This document shows positions 101,707 through 116,150 of a stretch of 124,000 nucleotides of DNA, piece after piece. Under the pieces are notes generated by a model. The model did not search any database and was not told the DNA's origin. It saw only the letters and a list, made by a program, of their open reading frames with translations. The stretch comes from Octopus vulgaris. Its lineage: Eukaryota. The DNA lies in assembly GCA_951406725.2 (NCBI GenBank), contig OX597825.1, forward strand, positions 14,900,001-15,024,000. The letters run 5' to 3'. Every line of letters starts with the position of its first letter. Position 1 is the stretch's first letter. A program made the position numbers and the translations under genes.

Positions 101707-102679
101707 AAATAAAGTATATACCCAAGTATATAGATGCAGTGACTGTTTTAGCAATTAAGCTTCTACTTATTAATAAGTTAGTTCTTCATTTCATTTGACA
101801 TAAATGCATTATCTCCCGGTCAACATCACACCCAGCTCACAGACAGATATTTTCTTATTAAAACAATGTATTCTTAAAACCAATTAGAAATCAAATGCAG
101901 AAGAACATCATTCGGGCCAATTGTAAATTAGAACTGATATGATTGTTTTGCAGTCTATTAGATAGTTTTAATGTACGAAAGTAAGCTAATTATAAGACTA
102001 TTAATATAAAAGAGAAAGTAAGACGGAATGAGTGGTGTACAATGGATATTACTTGCATCATACGTCTTAGTTCTTCCCACTCAAAGCGACAGGAACACAA
102101 GTTACTTTATCTTCTCTTTATGTGGCCAAAAAGACATTCCTATAAACTCATGGATAAGTCTGGTAATTATTCACATTTATTTAAATCAGAATAATGCGAC
102201 CAGAAAAATAATTCCCATCCTTTCTTTCAGTTAACCTCTCATTAAACGCTAGAATTGAAACTTTTCTTTGATAGTTATTTAAGTAGTCTTCTGCAGTCTT
102301 ATATTGAATAAGCAATTATATTAGTTTATTAAAGCTCAAAGAAATCTACCGTGTTCAGTCATACGAACGAAGATGGAATAATCGCATTATTAAGAATTTT
102401 GCTTTTCATGTAATATTTTCGTTTTTTTTATTATTATTATTTATGTTATAGTTACTGGTGACGATAGTAACGTCGCTGTGTTATCGTTCATATCGGGGAC
102501 CATGTTAACAATGTTCTCGTACAATAGTGAACAAAAGTAAACAAGGCATGATCATCACACCCTTTAAGCATCACATCTAGGACCTATTTATCCTATATCT
102601 TAAGACTGTTGAATGTGATGTGAGATGAAAAAAGGGGTTTCTACATCCAACTGATCATGAAACACATTAATATTCCCTT

Positions 102680-103083
102680 ATTTCTTTATTTCCCACAAGG
102701 AGCTAAGCGTAGAGGGGACAAACAAGGACAGACCAAGGGATTACATCGACTCCAGTGCGTAACTGGTACTCATTTAATCGACCCCGAAAGGACGAAAGGC
102801 AAAGTCGACCTCGGCGGAATTTGAACTCAGAACGTAGCGGCAAACAAAATACCTATTTCTTTACTACCCACAAGGGATTAAACACAGAAGGGACAAACAA
102901 GGACAGACAAACGGATTAAGTCGATTATATCGACCCCAGTGCGTAAATGGTACTTATTTAATCGACCCCGAAACGAAGAAAGGCAAAGTCGACCTTGGTG
103001 GAATTTGAACTCAGAATGTAACGGCAGACGAAATACGGCTACGCATTTCGACCGGCGTGCTAACGTTTCCGCCAGCTCGCCTT
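102680..103083 (-). mobile_element. SINE family A tandem dimer
   Basis: Same tail-to-internal junction (aaagaaatag|gtatt) as at 79535. Confidence 0.9.
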
Positions 103084-103835
103084 AAATATCTCCGTTTGTA
103101 TATTGTGTAAAACTAATATTTTTAATTTTTCACTTGTTCCCTGGTAATATCACTCTATAAACAGAAACTTGCAAGCTTGAATAAATCCTAATTACTCAAT
103201 CCATTTCATTTATAATTCATGTAACATTTCTATTTTCAGTCTTGTAACTTCAACCACTGTAAAATATTCCGCAGCTATATCTAAACCAAATGAATTCCCC
103301 TACTTTCAATGTGTTTTCTTAGTACGTGTATTCAAATAATATGTAGGTGTTACTTTTATATTCAATCGTTTTCTATAAATAAAGGTACAGCTAATGATTT
103401 CCTCACGTAAGCAATTTTACCTACTTCATTATGACTTACGTATGCTTGGAGATTACTGTTTTGCTTCCAAAGTTCTCAGTACCACCATGAATAATTTAGA
103501 GAAAAACATTTATTTTTAGGGTATTTCAAATTAAAATCGGGACTTCAAGAATTTCGACCAGCTATTGAAGAATACGGAGAACACATTGATTATTCGCCTT
103601 ATTTCGCATGTTTCAAGTTCTCTGCATCTATTCTATAGGTATTGCTATTTTCATTAAACTCGTACAAAGCACTGAAGCATTCGCGATGTTGTCATGGGAA
103701 CCATCAAATTAAACTTGTAAGTCACTAATTTTAGAACTGTGCCACGATCTCACAATAAAATGGCAAATCCAGAGCTTAGGAACCCTCAACATTACAAGTG
103801 ATTCGTAAAATTATATATTACATGAAGCAACATGT

Positions 103836-104001
103836 AGGCGCAGGAGTGGCTGTGTGGTAAGTAGATTGCTTACCAACCACATGGTTCCGGGTTCAGTCCC
103901 ACTGCGTGGCATCTTGGGCAAGTGTCTTCTGATATAGCCCCGGGCCGACTAATGCCTTGTGAGTGGATTTGGTAGACGGAAACTGAAAGAAGCCTGTCGT
104001 A

Positions 104002-104077
<76 letters not shown>

Positions 104078-104250
104078 TGTGTCTGTGTTTGTCCCCCTAG
104101 CATTGCTTGACAACCGATGCTGGTGTGTTTACGTCCCCGTCACTTAGTGGTTCGGCAAAAAGAGACCGATAGAATAAGTACTAAAGGCGGTGCTCCAGCA
104201 TGGCCGCAGTCAAATGACTGAAACAAGTAAAAGAGTAAAAGAGTAAAAGT
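103836..104250 (+). mobile_element. SINE family B
   Basis: Head aggcgcaggagtggctgtgtggtaag, internal (TA)n(TG)n, tail (taaaagag)n. Confidence 0.9.
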
Positions 104251-104664
104251 GTATGTTGAGAATAACCTGACCCAAGATTACTCATTACAATTGTATTAAA
104301 CAAAGAGCTGAATTGTCAACACTGGCAGCCTCTAACGTAGTCAACTCCATTAGATTTTATTTTACCATAATTACACGTAAGGAAAAAATATGTAATTTGC
104401 GGCCCATATTATTCATACATACCAGGACCTTTGTTCCACTAGCTTATTTTCACGAGATAATTTGGTGTGAAAAGAGAACAATCATATTTATTTGATATCG
104501 AAAACATCAAAGTTTATCCGTTTTCCTCTCAAATTCACTTAAAAGTAGATCACTTACATCCGGTTTCAAAGTTACCGAAAATATCTATAACCATCCGGTG
104601 TCTTCATTCATAATCTATGATCGGTTGATGCTGAAGTAATGATAAAAAAGTGATTCAATATATA

Positions 104665-104895
104665 TTTCTTTATTACCCACAAGGGGCTAATCACAGAAGG
104701 GACAAACAGGGTCAGACAAAGAGATTAAGTCGATTACATCGATCCCAGTGCGAAACTGGTACTTTATTTATCGATACCGAAAGGATGAATGGCGAAGTCG
104801 ACCTCGGCGGAATTTGAAATCAGAACGTAACGACAGACGAAATACTGCTAAGCATTTCATCCGGCGAGCTAACGTGTCTGCCACCTCGGCACCTT
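104665..104895 (-). mobile_element. SINE family A
   Basis: Homologous to other copies. Confidence 0.9.
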
Positions 104896-106008
104896 AAAGC
104901 GATTTAATATAGTATGTACCAAAAGATGTGGCTTTACTTTCAATTTGCTTCCATTACAGATCCTACAGAAAGGAAGAACGGGCAAAATAATATATAGAAT
105001 AAGTGACCGAAAAAGTTGGTATTGTTAGGGTATCGGAAAAAACTATGCAGAAGTTTCGAGAATTTGATCTACAGTAAGGAAAAGCAAATGATGGTTTGGA
105101 CCTGGTCGCCCCCCTCCCCCAAGGACAGATTTGAACAATTTCTTTCTGGTATTTATGAATTTGGAGACATTTTCAATGTTGTACGTTCAGTCATAAAATA
105201 TCTTTTTCGTCTTGTCACCAAAGCAAACAAATTTACTCAAACCGACAAATGCAAAACATGATATCAAATATTTAAGTACAATATAAAACTTGTCTGAAAC
105301 AAATTCTCGGCAAGATACAATATAACATAAAATGCAATTACGGAAATAAAAAATAAAAACTTTTTTATCAGGCAGGTACCGAGCTATCTGCAGACAGCAG
105401 ACAAACTAAAATATTTCATATTTCATTTAAAACAATATTTGTCAGTTTATTGTCATTTAAATACGAATATAAATGACGTTTCCACAGGTATTACAATTCT
105501 CAGTGTAATTCTTATTGTGCCATAGCAATCTGCCATTCCGCCATATACGCTACATATGAGACGCAAAAATAAACTTCCTGTAAAGAATAACTAACATCAG
105601 TAGATAAAGTGATACGAACAACAATCATCTGATCAAAAGTTTTCCGAACAAATTTTAGAGTCTATGCTATTAAGAGACTTTTATCTATAGATTTATGGTT
105701 TATCTGTCGAAACCGATAGTCGACGCACTATTTGGTTGAGAATATGAAATTACTTCGCCGTTATGTGTTAAATATTTATACCACAATATGGTACTTGGTG
105801 TTAGCTTTGGTGCTTTGTCGCTTATTTTATAAAAATATGTTGGTGTCATTGTATTTGTTTGATTTCCTTTACACGGTGTCATTGAAGTGTTGAATATAAA
105901 GTATGGAACATTGAGAGTACTCATACGGGCATATAAAATACGACGATATATATATATATATATACATATATCTATATATATATACATGTATATATATATG
106001 TACATGTA

Positions 106009-106054
<46 letters not shown>

Positions 106055-106094
106055 ATATATATATATATACATGTATATATATATATACATATAT

Positions 106095-106154
<60 letters not shown>

Positions 106155-106176
106155 GTATATATATAATATATACATG

Positions 106177-106246
<70 letters not shown>

Positions 106247-106924
106247 ATGAGGTGTATTTTTCTCTGTGATTGCCTCAGTGTATGTGTGTAGATAAAGCGA
106301 TAAACATATTTTAGATATAAATACATTTAACCACCACACACGCCTACATATATATACGTAGATAGGGGGGGGGTAACAAATAAATAAAAAAAAAGAGGTG
106401 AGATGTGGATGGAAACGAGGTAAGTGAGGTATAGGGGTTAGAGAGAAAATATGAATATACGAAAATTATTTCAGCTGGACAGACAATGCACGCGAGAGAG
106501 CATAGAGACACAGATGCAGACATGTATGAAAGTTGTCAGGGTAGCAAACAAGTTAATGTATGCAGAATTCTTAACTCATGAATGTTTTATTCGAACGATC
106601 AGCAATCCCATTCCAGTGACGTCTGATGTGTTGAACCACAATATGACCCAGACATTATATTGTAATATAATATTTAATAGTCATATTGTCAGCAAATTGT
106701 CTGTAATGTATTGTTAAAAAGTTGTATCGGAACCGACTAATCTCTGTTTCGATTCTTCTGTGTGGTAGCCTTGAAAATGGTCTTCTTTGTCTCGTCTGCT
106801 TGACTAATGCAGATGGAAACGGTGTGAATATTGACCACTGTCTGCGTGTGAATATACATATGTACATGCATACACACACATATATATAGATAGATATGTG
106901 TGCGTGCATACCTATATGCATAGC

Positions 106925-107183
106925 ACCGTGACCGACCAGGCTATCAGATGCTGTTACACATCGCTGGTCACACTGCGCTTCGGATTGTTTTTAGCCTTCA
107001 AAAGAGTGAGAGAAAGTTGTGGCGAAAGAGTACAGCAGGGATCACCACCACCTACTGCTAGAGCCCTATGGAGCTTTAGGTGTTTTCGCTCAATAAACAC
107101 TCACAACACCCTGTCTGGGAATCGAAACCACAATCCTACGACCGTAGGACGGCTGCCCTAACCATTGGGTCATTGCGCCTCCC
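106925..107183 (-). mobile_element. tRNA-derived SINE, K centre plus T3 tail
   Basis: Homolog of 108025-108335. Confidence 0.85.
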
Positions 107184-108024
107184 CGTATATTTATATACAC
107201 ATATCTAAATATATATCACTGTTCAATGTTATCTCTACAAATTCTCAATAGGAATTAGAGCCAGCACTGAAAATTAGGACGTGTCCTCTATGAGTACATC
107301 TGTATGAACCATAATATAGATAGAGGTCTAGTCACTGAGTATGTATGCCTATACGAGGATTTGCTACTCCTTCTCAGCACCACATACAACCCATTAACCC
107401 GTCAATGAACACAGTATTCACTTCAAAAGCCTTTAGTAAACTTGGTATTATGGCTGATTAACGAAATATGGTGTTCCTACAAGCTATTGATAAAGTCATA
107501 TATGTATATGCATACAGTTATGTATATATATATATACATATGTGTGTTTGTGTGAGTGTGTACACGAGTGCAGGAATATATATATGCGTATGTATGTGTT
107601 TTTGTGAGTGTGTATTCGGGGTGCTCACACCTGCGTTTGTCTATTTGGCAAATGCTTATCAGCGGGTAGGCCAGAGACCAGATGGCATTCATCGAAAGAA
107701 TTTCAATTCAATATTTCTCCTTTACCGAATTCACATACACATATACCTGTTATATTGCCGCCGGAGCTGGTATGAACAAGTCATTATGGAAAATTGTACT
107801 TACCGACATTAATATTTATCAATTTGATTATGAAATAAATATAACATATAATCTGATTCAGTTAACCTTTTCTCCGTAGATTGCCGAGATACGTTTAAAA
107901 TTAAATCTAATGCAAAAAGGCCGTTTGCAGTTAATCAGAAAACTCACATTTACAAACAACGGTTATTTTACGAAGTAGTGCTTCAAATTATAAATAACAA
108001 TATATATTTCTAATACGTATATAT

Positions 108025-108335
108025 CACCGTGATCACCGTGACCGACCAGGCCATCAGATGTTGTTACACATCGCTGGTCACAATGCGCTTCGCATTGTTT
108101 TAGCCTTCAAGTGATGCCACCCCGCTGGCTAAGCGAGCAGGCCAACAGAAGAAAGAGTGAGAGAAATTTGTGGTGAAAGAGTACAGCAGGGATCGCCACC
108201 ACCCCCTGCCGGAGCTTCGTGGAGCTTTAGGTGTTTTCGCTCAATAAACACTCACAACGCCCGGTCTGGGAATCGAAACCACGATCCTACGACCGCGAGT
108301 CCGCTGCCCTAACCACTAGGCCATTGCGCCTCCAC
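108025..108335 (-). mobile_element. tRNA-derived SINE, K centre plus T3 tail
   Basis: 13-bp TSD aatacgtatatat at 108012-108024 and 108336-108348. Confidence 0.95.
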
Positions 108336-108720
108336 AATACGTATATATATTTCTTATAAATAACAATATAATGCATATTTAACCATTAATACGAACAGGA
108401 TTGATTTCATAATTGCAGTTGTTACTTATGCAGGGTCGTAATGTTTATCTTGGCTATGATCCGGACTTTTTGTCCATGTTGCACGATTTTCCGAGTTAGA
108501 CCGTACTTACCGTGCTCTATTCATTCAGAATCCAGTTTGGTTGACAGCTCGTGTTGATTGACTATATGTCACATGGACACGGCTCATAGAGAACTATCTC
108601 GCGGAGATGGCGACTAACTAGGAGTTTGCTCGACTTGTTTCTCGGGAGAACTCGGAAAGATACTCACAAATGTTGAATGCAGCGCGGTATGTGCATCTGA
108701 CCCACACCTAACACGATGGC

Positions 108721-108752
108721 TATAAATATACTCCTGTACTCAAATCTCAGTT
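108721..108752 (+). promoter_or_regulatory. Candidate TATA-Inr core promoter
   Basis: TATAAATA at 108721 and TCAGTT with its A at 108749 (28-nt spacing), in a unique GC-richer block. Confidence 0.25.
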
Positions 108753-108971
108753 ATGCATAGGAGTTTCAATTCCATGAGGACTGCATCCTATAGCACTTCT
108801 TTATGTAGGCAGCACAAAACATAAGGTAGCAGAAATACAGTATGCCGCGTTCCACATTATTCCTTCGATCTGTACGCCGGCGTAGCCATGCAGAACCATT
108901 GATTCCTTATTACTCTTTGAACTTCTACATAAATATTAACCCTGCGCGCGTAAGCGAAGCAGAGTTATTGT

Positions 108972-109703
108972 ACTTTTCTACTGTAGGCACTAGGCCCGAA
109001 ATTTGGGGGAGGGGGAGAAGAGTCAATTAGATTGGCCTCAGTACGCAACTGGTACTTACTTTATCGACCCCGAAAGGATGAAAGGCATAGTCGACCTCGG
109101 CGGAATTTGAACTCAGAACGTAAAGACAGGTGAAATACAGCTAAGCATTTCGTCCGGCGTACTAACGTTTCTGCCAGCAGCCGCCTTCAAAACGTAACGG
109201 CAGACGAAATACATATTTCTTTACTACCCACAAGGGGCTAAACACAGAGAGGACAAACAAGGACAGACAAACGGATTGAGTCGATTACATCGACCCCAGT
109301 GCGTAACTGGTACTTAATTTATCGACCCCGAAAGGATGAAAGGCATAGTCGACTTCGGCGGAATTTGAACTGAGAACGTAACGGCAGACGAAATACGGCT
109401 ACGCATTTCGCCCGGCGTGCTAACGATTCTGCCTGCAGCCGCCTTCAATGCGTAACGGCAGACGAAATACATATTTCTTTACTACCCACAAGGGGCTAAA
109501 CACAGAGAGGACAAACAAGGACAGACAAACGGATTGAGTCGATTACATCGACCCCAGTGCGTAACTGGTACTTAATTTATCGACCCCGAAAGGATGAAAG
109601 GCATAGTCGACTTCGGCGGAATTTGAAATCAGAACGTAACGGCAGACGAAATACGGCTACGCATTTCGTCCGGCGTGCTAACGTTTCTGCCAGCTCGCCG
109701 CCT
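108972..109703 (-). mobile_element. SINE family A tandem multimer (two A units plus one A' unit)
   Basis: Units begin at ~109210 and ~109465 with the repeated junction aacgtaacggcagacgaaatacatatttctttactaccc. Confidence 0.9.
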
Positions 109704-110454
109704 TATTATCAATCTACTGATTATGCAGTTTCATGTTCTCCAGTTGCCATACAGACAGTCACATCTGAAGTGGCTAAAAATGTAATTGAGTTGCCAAGTA
109801 CTTGATTGTTATTTTAAATTTTAATTCCAAAGATTACAAGCATTTCTTTTCTGAATGGTCTTCTATTAAATACAATATATATTCTGATGCTGCTATTGAG
109901 AATGTCATGAGGAACAAAACAAACTGATCTAAAAAGAAAACTAAGCGTTAAGCCGCTTAACAATACTCTACAAGTGCTAAGCTGATTCTATTCTGTGCAA
110001 CTTGATTCGTTGTGTTGGGAGATTGATATAATGCGAAATGAGATTTAGCTTCTTCAGTTTACATATGTGTTTCGGCAAAATGATAAACCAACATATACAA
110101 TCTTCTATAGTTTACTTGTTAAAATTATTGAACTACGGTCACGCTAGAGCAGAGCATTGATGAGTTCTAGTCGAAATAATTGATAACAGCACATGCACTT
110201 TGGGATTTAGAGAGAGAGGGCGAGAGAAGGAGAGAGCGAGTTTAGCAGAGTTGCCATCCGTCAAATTTATTTAAAATGCATTATCAGCCCAGGTTTATAA
110301 TAGAATATATTCACCCAAGTTGCATTTTGGTTGCAAATGGAACTTGTTAATTTTAAATCTATGTCAAAAGAAACACAATTCCATCATTACTTCTTTGATT
110401 CGGTTTCATGACAAATGAAATACCGTTTTACTGCTCAAAAATGGGACTCTTAAA

Positions 110455-111541
110455 TACGAGGTCTGGCTGGAAAGTCCATAGGCTGACTATGAATGAGTGA
110501 CACAAGAGTTTGAGATTAATTTATACTCTCCTTATTAATAACTCCTGTGTTTCTTTCCAGGTAAAGCGATATCTGAAAGTTGAAAGAAGGCTTCAAATTG
110601 ACTACGTAGCGACTTCTTCTCTTGAAAATGGACAAAGTTTGTCATAATGGTGTAATCAATTACCTACAGAAAAAAGAGTTTAGTCAAAATGACATTCATG
110701 CGGTCATGGCAGCTATATTAGATGATAAACTCGGTTTATCAAAAGAAGAAAAATGGGTAGCTGGATTTTTGTGGCAAGTGGTGAGTAATAAAGATGACCA
110801 TAGGTTTGGACGTTCTCCAATGGCGACTAGTGAAGAAAACATTGACCGTGTTCATCAAATAGTCGGCAGTAACTGGTGATTGACAACAAATCACGTAGCC
110901 AATGCCATTGGCATATCCCGCGAGAGATGTGATAATATTCTATACAATGAACTTAGCATGACGGAGATTTCTGCTCGGTGTGTGAACATCCAACACCTGA
111001 TCACTAGCGCGCCAAGCTATCTGTCCCGCGGGAAAATCTATTCTTTGAGGCTGATCCAGCTGATTTCCTAGAACGTTGTCTGACCCCGAAGGAATGTTGG
111101 GTCTTCGCCGGAGACGAAGAGAAAGCCATGCTTTCGAAAAAAACTCTCCTAGCCCTGTTCCAAAATCACAAGGTCGTTTCATATGCAGGAGGGTTGTTGG
111201 CCTCAATATATTGGGATGAAAAAGGCTTTGCATTTATTGACTATCTTCCAAAGGGCCACACCATCAACGCCAACTTTCTGAGGCTATCATGGCTACTTGC
111301 CCAGGTAAACTGACAAGTCCTTCTTTCATGAGGTCAATGTCCTCGCAAACAGGTCTTTGGTTTCAGAGGCCGTTATGCATGGCCGTCGCTTTGAACTGTT
111401 TAATCGCCGTCCCTATTCTCCTGCAACGCCGATGAAAGAAGTGTGTGGACTCCAAGGTTTGTGTTGAAAAGGAAACCTAATTTGATTACTTCCCCTGAGA
111501 TTATCTTGGTAAGCCTATGAACTTTTCGGCCGACCCTTGTA
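110455..111541 (+). mobile_element. Mariner element (second family), decayed, both TIRs present
   Basis: TIRs tacgaggtctggctggaaagtccataggct / agcctatgaacttttcggccgacccttgta; transposase remnants MDKVCHNGVINYLQKK..., GRSP...SEENIDRV, and ASIYWDEKGFAFIDYLPKGHTIN. Confidence 0.9.
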
Positions 111542-112164
111542 GTTCAAATTATCTTGGAGCGATCAGATACTTAGATGAGATGCGTGTAAGCTGGAAATCA
111601 CAGGGAAACATCTACTACAAATATCCTTAAGTGTAGAAAATAAATTTCATTATGCTTTTTTTTTATTTTGTACGCAATTTCACATTCTATATCTTTGATT
111701 TAATGATTTAATGATTTAATTCTCCTTCAAAATTTTATAGGTTAAAAATACTAAACTGAATCCTAACATATTCCCCATGTACACAAATATTTTATAACTC
111801 ATTTTCCAGAGTATACATGATACATTAGATTTTATACCGGCAATTTTCTGATTTTTTTATTCGATATATGAAATAAATATGTTTTATCGTTTCATCATGA
111901 ATCCGTAAACAGTTAGCAAAATACAGAAGCAACAATATTTACACGATTCGCACTAAAAATATCAAATGCGTCACTCAGAAATATTGTGTAACATAATCAC
112001 AATGCTTTTGAATATTGATTTCCGAACAGAAATCTACAATATCAACCGAAAGAACCTGCTAAAGAAGTTGTTGTCAACCGGGGACCGTATGTCATTGGGG
112101 GCTCCGTGTAAGATTTCGGTGTTAAAGTTTATGTGCAGTAAACGGGTTATACTTCTACAATGAA

Positions 112165-112490
112165 GGCGTGTGGCTTAATGGTTAGGTAGGTGCATTTGGC
112201 TCGCGTCGTATGGATGTGAGTTCCATTCCCGACGACGCGCTGAGTCCTTGAGAATGTCATTTTATTTTACGTTGCACCGGTTCATTCAGCTGGCAAAAAT
112301 GGCTAGTATCTGAATTTCGAAGGGCCAGCTACTCACACTCCGTGTCACGCCGAATCTCCCTGAGAATTACGTTACGGGGTACAGGTGTTTCTGGAGCCCT
112401 CAACCACATACACGTTGATTTCACGAGCAGGTTGTTCCGTTGACTGAATCAACTGGAACGCTCGTCGTCGTAACCGATGGAACGTCAGTT
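112165..112490 (+). mobile_element. tRNA-derived SINE, M centre plus T1 tail (diverged)
   Basis: Homolog of 85966-86288. Confidence 0.85.
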
Positions 112491-112872
112491 AATTCTACGA
112501 TACATGAAATATTTCAACAATTTCTTATACAACTCCTAATAATATTGAAATAAAAATAAATAATAGGACTTTTTTAGACATTGAATCGACATGAGGCCCC
112601 AATAGATTAAAGTAAGAATCAAATAGGTCCATAGGAAAAACATATAGGAACACTACGCAAATATATATATACATTTTATAAGGAAGGATTTCAACATATA
112701 TTCAGTAGAAGGCACACAAGATAGCAATGAAATTGAAATAATAATGTTAGTCCCTATCGTATATTAGTTAATAATAACAAAGGGTAAAATTAATTAATTA
112801 AGGAGTAATCAATAATTTCACCAAGTAGAATTGGGCATGAAAAAAGACCATTTCACGGTAAACTTAAGTAAC

Positions 112873-113142
112873 ACTTTATAATTAGGGTTCAGCAAAGATT
112901 TGCTTTACCACATACCGAAGTTTGGAAATAGCAATCAAAAACCTTAGCTATTTCTTCTACTTTAAAAAGGGACTCCCAGAAAAACCAAAATACCAAAATA
113001 CTTGAAAACATTGTTATCAAGTATTTTAGTTTTTCTGGGAGTCCCTTTTTAAAGTAAAAGAAATAGCTAAGATTTTTTGACTGCTATTTCTAAACTTCGG
113101 TATGTGGTAAAGCAAATATTTGCTGAACCCTAATTATAAAGT
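112873..113142. repeat. ~125-bp-arm inverted repeat (fold-back)
   Basis: actttataattagggttcagcaaa...ctttaaaaagggactcccagaaaaac...aaaatacttga / tcaagtatttt...gtttttctgggagtccctttttaaag...tgctgaaccctaattataaagt. Confidence 0.95.
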
Positions 113143-113671
113143 ATATTAGTTAATAGATAATATATATTATTATTATATATTATTATTATATATTAATTAG
113201 ATAATAATATTAGTCCCTATACATAAAAGTCAACTGAAAAAAGTAACATTTCCCTCAAAGAAGGGCGCATTGGATTCTGCATTATTGGACAGACACGACC
113301 AATGTAGTAAGGTGGCTTCGGTCAGAAACATTTTTATCGTATGTCTTCTTCACCAACTCCCACTTCCGATAAAACAACGAATGATAATGATCCCCTTTTG
113401 ACAAGAACATAGATGATTGATTTACCGTACGAAATATCATTGACAATAACGTTTGCATCTCTCACAAATGCCTTCACCCGCTGTCTTTGTTTAATATTTT
113501 CTAACATATTTGACACACATTATGAGCAATGTTCCGTTCAGCGTGATTTCATCTATTAATATGTATAAAGGTCGACTTCGACAACTGCCTTGGAATTCGA
113601 TAAATTTACATATCAATTTCCTAAAGCAAACACCTATTGAGACTTCGTAAATTCCAGCAAAAGTAGAATTC

Positions 113672-113677
113672 ATATAA

Positions 113678-113728
<51 letters not shown>

Positions 113729-113851
113729 TAATAATAATAATAATAATGATAATAATAATAATAGTAATAATAATAATAATAATACTTATTATTATTATTA
113801 TAATTATTATGATTATTATTATTATTATTATTGTTGTTGTTGTTGCTGCTG

Positions 113852-113937
<86 letters not shown>

Positions 113938-113950
113938 GTTATTATTATTT
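113672..113950. repeat. (AAT)n followed by (ATT)n (convergent, self-complementary)
   Basis: Directly visible; strand switch near 113785. Confidence 0.95.
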
Positions 113951-114169
113951 TCATTAACATCTTCTTTCAGTTCTGTTTCCATCCCTCGCCGAGTGTCTTC
114001 CTGACACCTAAGACATAGAAACGTACTGTTTACATTGGTAGGCCATTAAAACAAAGGCCCGAGATTGTCCAATTACTAAGTCATGTGATTGAGAAAAGGG
114101 CGAAGACAGAGAGAAAAAGGAAAAAAATATAATATAGAAAAGCAAACGAATAAAATAAAGGGAGAAAGG

Positions 114170-116150
114170 AAAGAAAATTCACAGCGACAATGCTCTTCTG
114201 AATATGTGTGGCGTACTAGTTAAGAAAATCTTTTGCACTTCCTGCATAGATGGTAAGCCAGAGATCATTTTAAAATAATTTTCAATTCCTTTTATCATTT
114301 CAAGTGCTCCTATAATCACTGGTATTGTACACGTCTTGAGATGCCACATCTTTTCGATTTCGAATAGCAAATCTTTGTATTTTCTGAGCTTATCTGAGCT
114401 TATGAAATTCTTGTGCCGAGATAGTATGGTTACAGGGTACGCTAATGTCAAACAAGAAACCGACTTTACTGTTTTCGTCTTTCACGACAAAATCCGGTTT
114501 ACTCTTACTCTTTTACTCTTTTACTTGTTTCAGTCATTTGACTGCGGCCATGCTGGAGCACCGCCTTTAGTCGAGCAAATCGACCCCGGGACTTCTTCTT
114601 TGTCAGGCCAGTACTTATTCTATCGGTCTCTTTTGCCGAACCGCTAAGTGACGGGGACGTAAACACACCAGCATCGGTTGTCAAGCAATGCTAGGGGGAC
114701 AAACACAGACACACAAACACACAGACATATATATATACATATATACGACAGGCTTCTTTCAGTTTCCGTCTACCAAATCCACTCACAAGGCATTGGTCGG
114801 CCCGGGGCTATAGCAGAAGACACTTGCCCAAGTTGCCACGCAGTGGGACTGAACCCGGAACCATGTGGTTGGTTAGCAAGCTACTTACCACACAGCCACT
114901 CCTGCGCCTATATGTTTGTTTATTTTGATGGGAGATCTGTACATTCTGGGTAGTCCCAAACAACAGTTACATTCTCTCCCTTAGTTACGGCCTCAGGGTG
115001 GTGCTTGTACCATTTGTCAGCAGTTTTCATTTTATAATGCCGACACATTATCCAGTGTAGATATTGACCAACTCACTCATGTCTTTCTTTGTATTCTACA
115101 GGTGTTAAAATCTTAGATTAGACTATTTCTATCTAATCGCTGCAGTATCGGCACTTTGGGTCTACACCAGTTTTCATCGCATTGGTTTGATAGTTCCTGC
115201 TCAATAAGCTCTGATCTTAGGCAGCCAAGATAAAGCCTTCACTCTCTGCCTTTAGTTCTGATCTCCATAGTCACTAATGAGTGTGCTTCTGGTCTAGATC
115301 AGATTGTTTGGTACGGGCCACATATTTGATATGAAGAGGTGGTTTTTGTTCCCACCTATTGGCCAAATGTTCAAGCGCATTTTCCTTTACTATTGATTTC
115401 ACCTTCTTTGCAACTACAGTTGCTACGCTTCCCTCATGCTGTTCGACCTGGGTATTATGCATAAACTCACTTCAAAAAATTTTGCCCTCCTTCATATCAG
115501 ATTGAAGCTTCTTACGCCTTTCATGGTTTTCAACGAGGTTTAGTATCCAGTCGTTAGATGTTTCAAGATAGTTTGTCAGTTCAATTGTGGTAGTTTTTAG
115601 GAGATTTCAAATTAGATCACACCTAGATCTCCTTGAGCTGTGGTAGTTAAAGACGATCTGTGTCTGCCTTTGGGTGGTGCATCATATTGCAAGTCAGCAG
115701 CTTACGGGTTTTTCTGTCAATCTTCTTTATTTTGCTCATATTTTAGTTCAACACATGGAAACTGTAAATAACAACCGGATCTGCTAAGGAAATTTGGTAC
115801 CCTATCATTATCAGGATATTTCCACATATGATCATTTGTGGGTGTTATTCTTTGGTCTGCTATTGTGAAGCAGCAGTCTTCTCATCCTTATCATACTCTA
115901 CCGTTACACGCATTTTCTAATCGGACGAAACCGTGCTTCCCATTTGATGATCACCAGTAGTCGAGGGTGAGAACCATTTTCCCTTGTTCAGCTAAGCTTG
116001 GCGTATGTTCATACTTTGTATGGAAGACGTTCCTCATATCATTTGCTGATCAAACTAAACGCTTCTTTTTTACCTTACATTCATACGTTCAGATTAATGT
116101 TTCCAAATTTTACCTCTGATATTGATCGTCAAAAATTTCCTAAAATCTTC
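114170..116150 (-). mobile_element. R4/Dong-clade LINE remnant interrupted by SINE B (114500-114908)
   Basis: DQSLLSRNYQ...DPKCRYC (zinc-knuckle region) and the RLE tail DKLRKYKDLLFEIEKMWHLKTCTIPVIIGALEMI...RRALSL. Confidence 0.85.
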
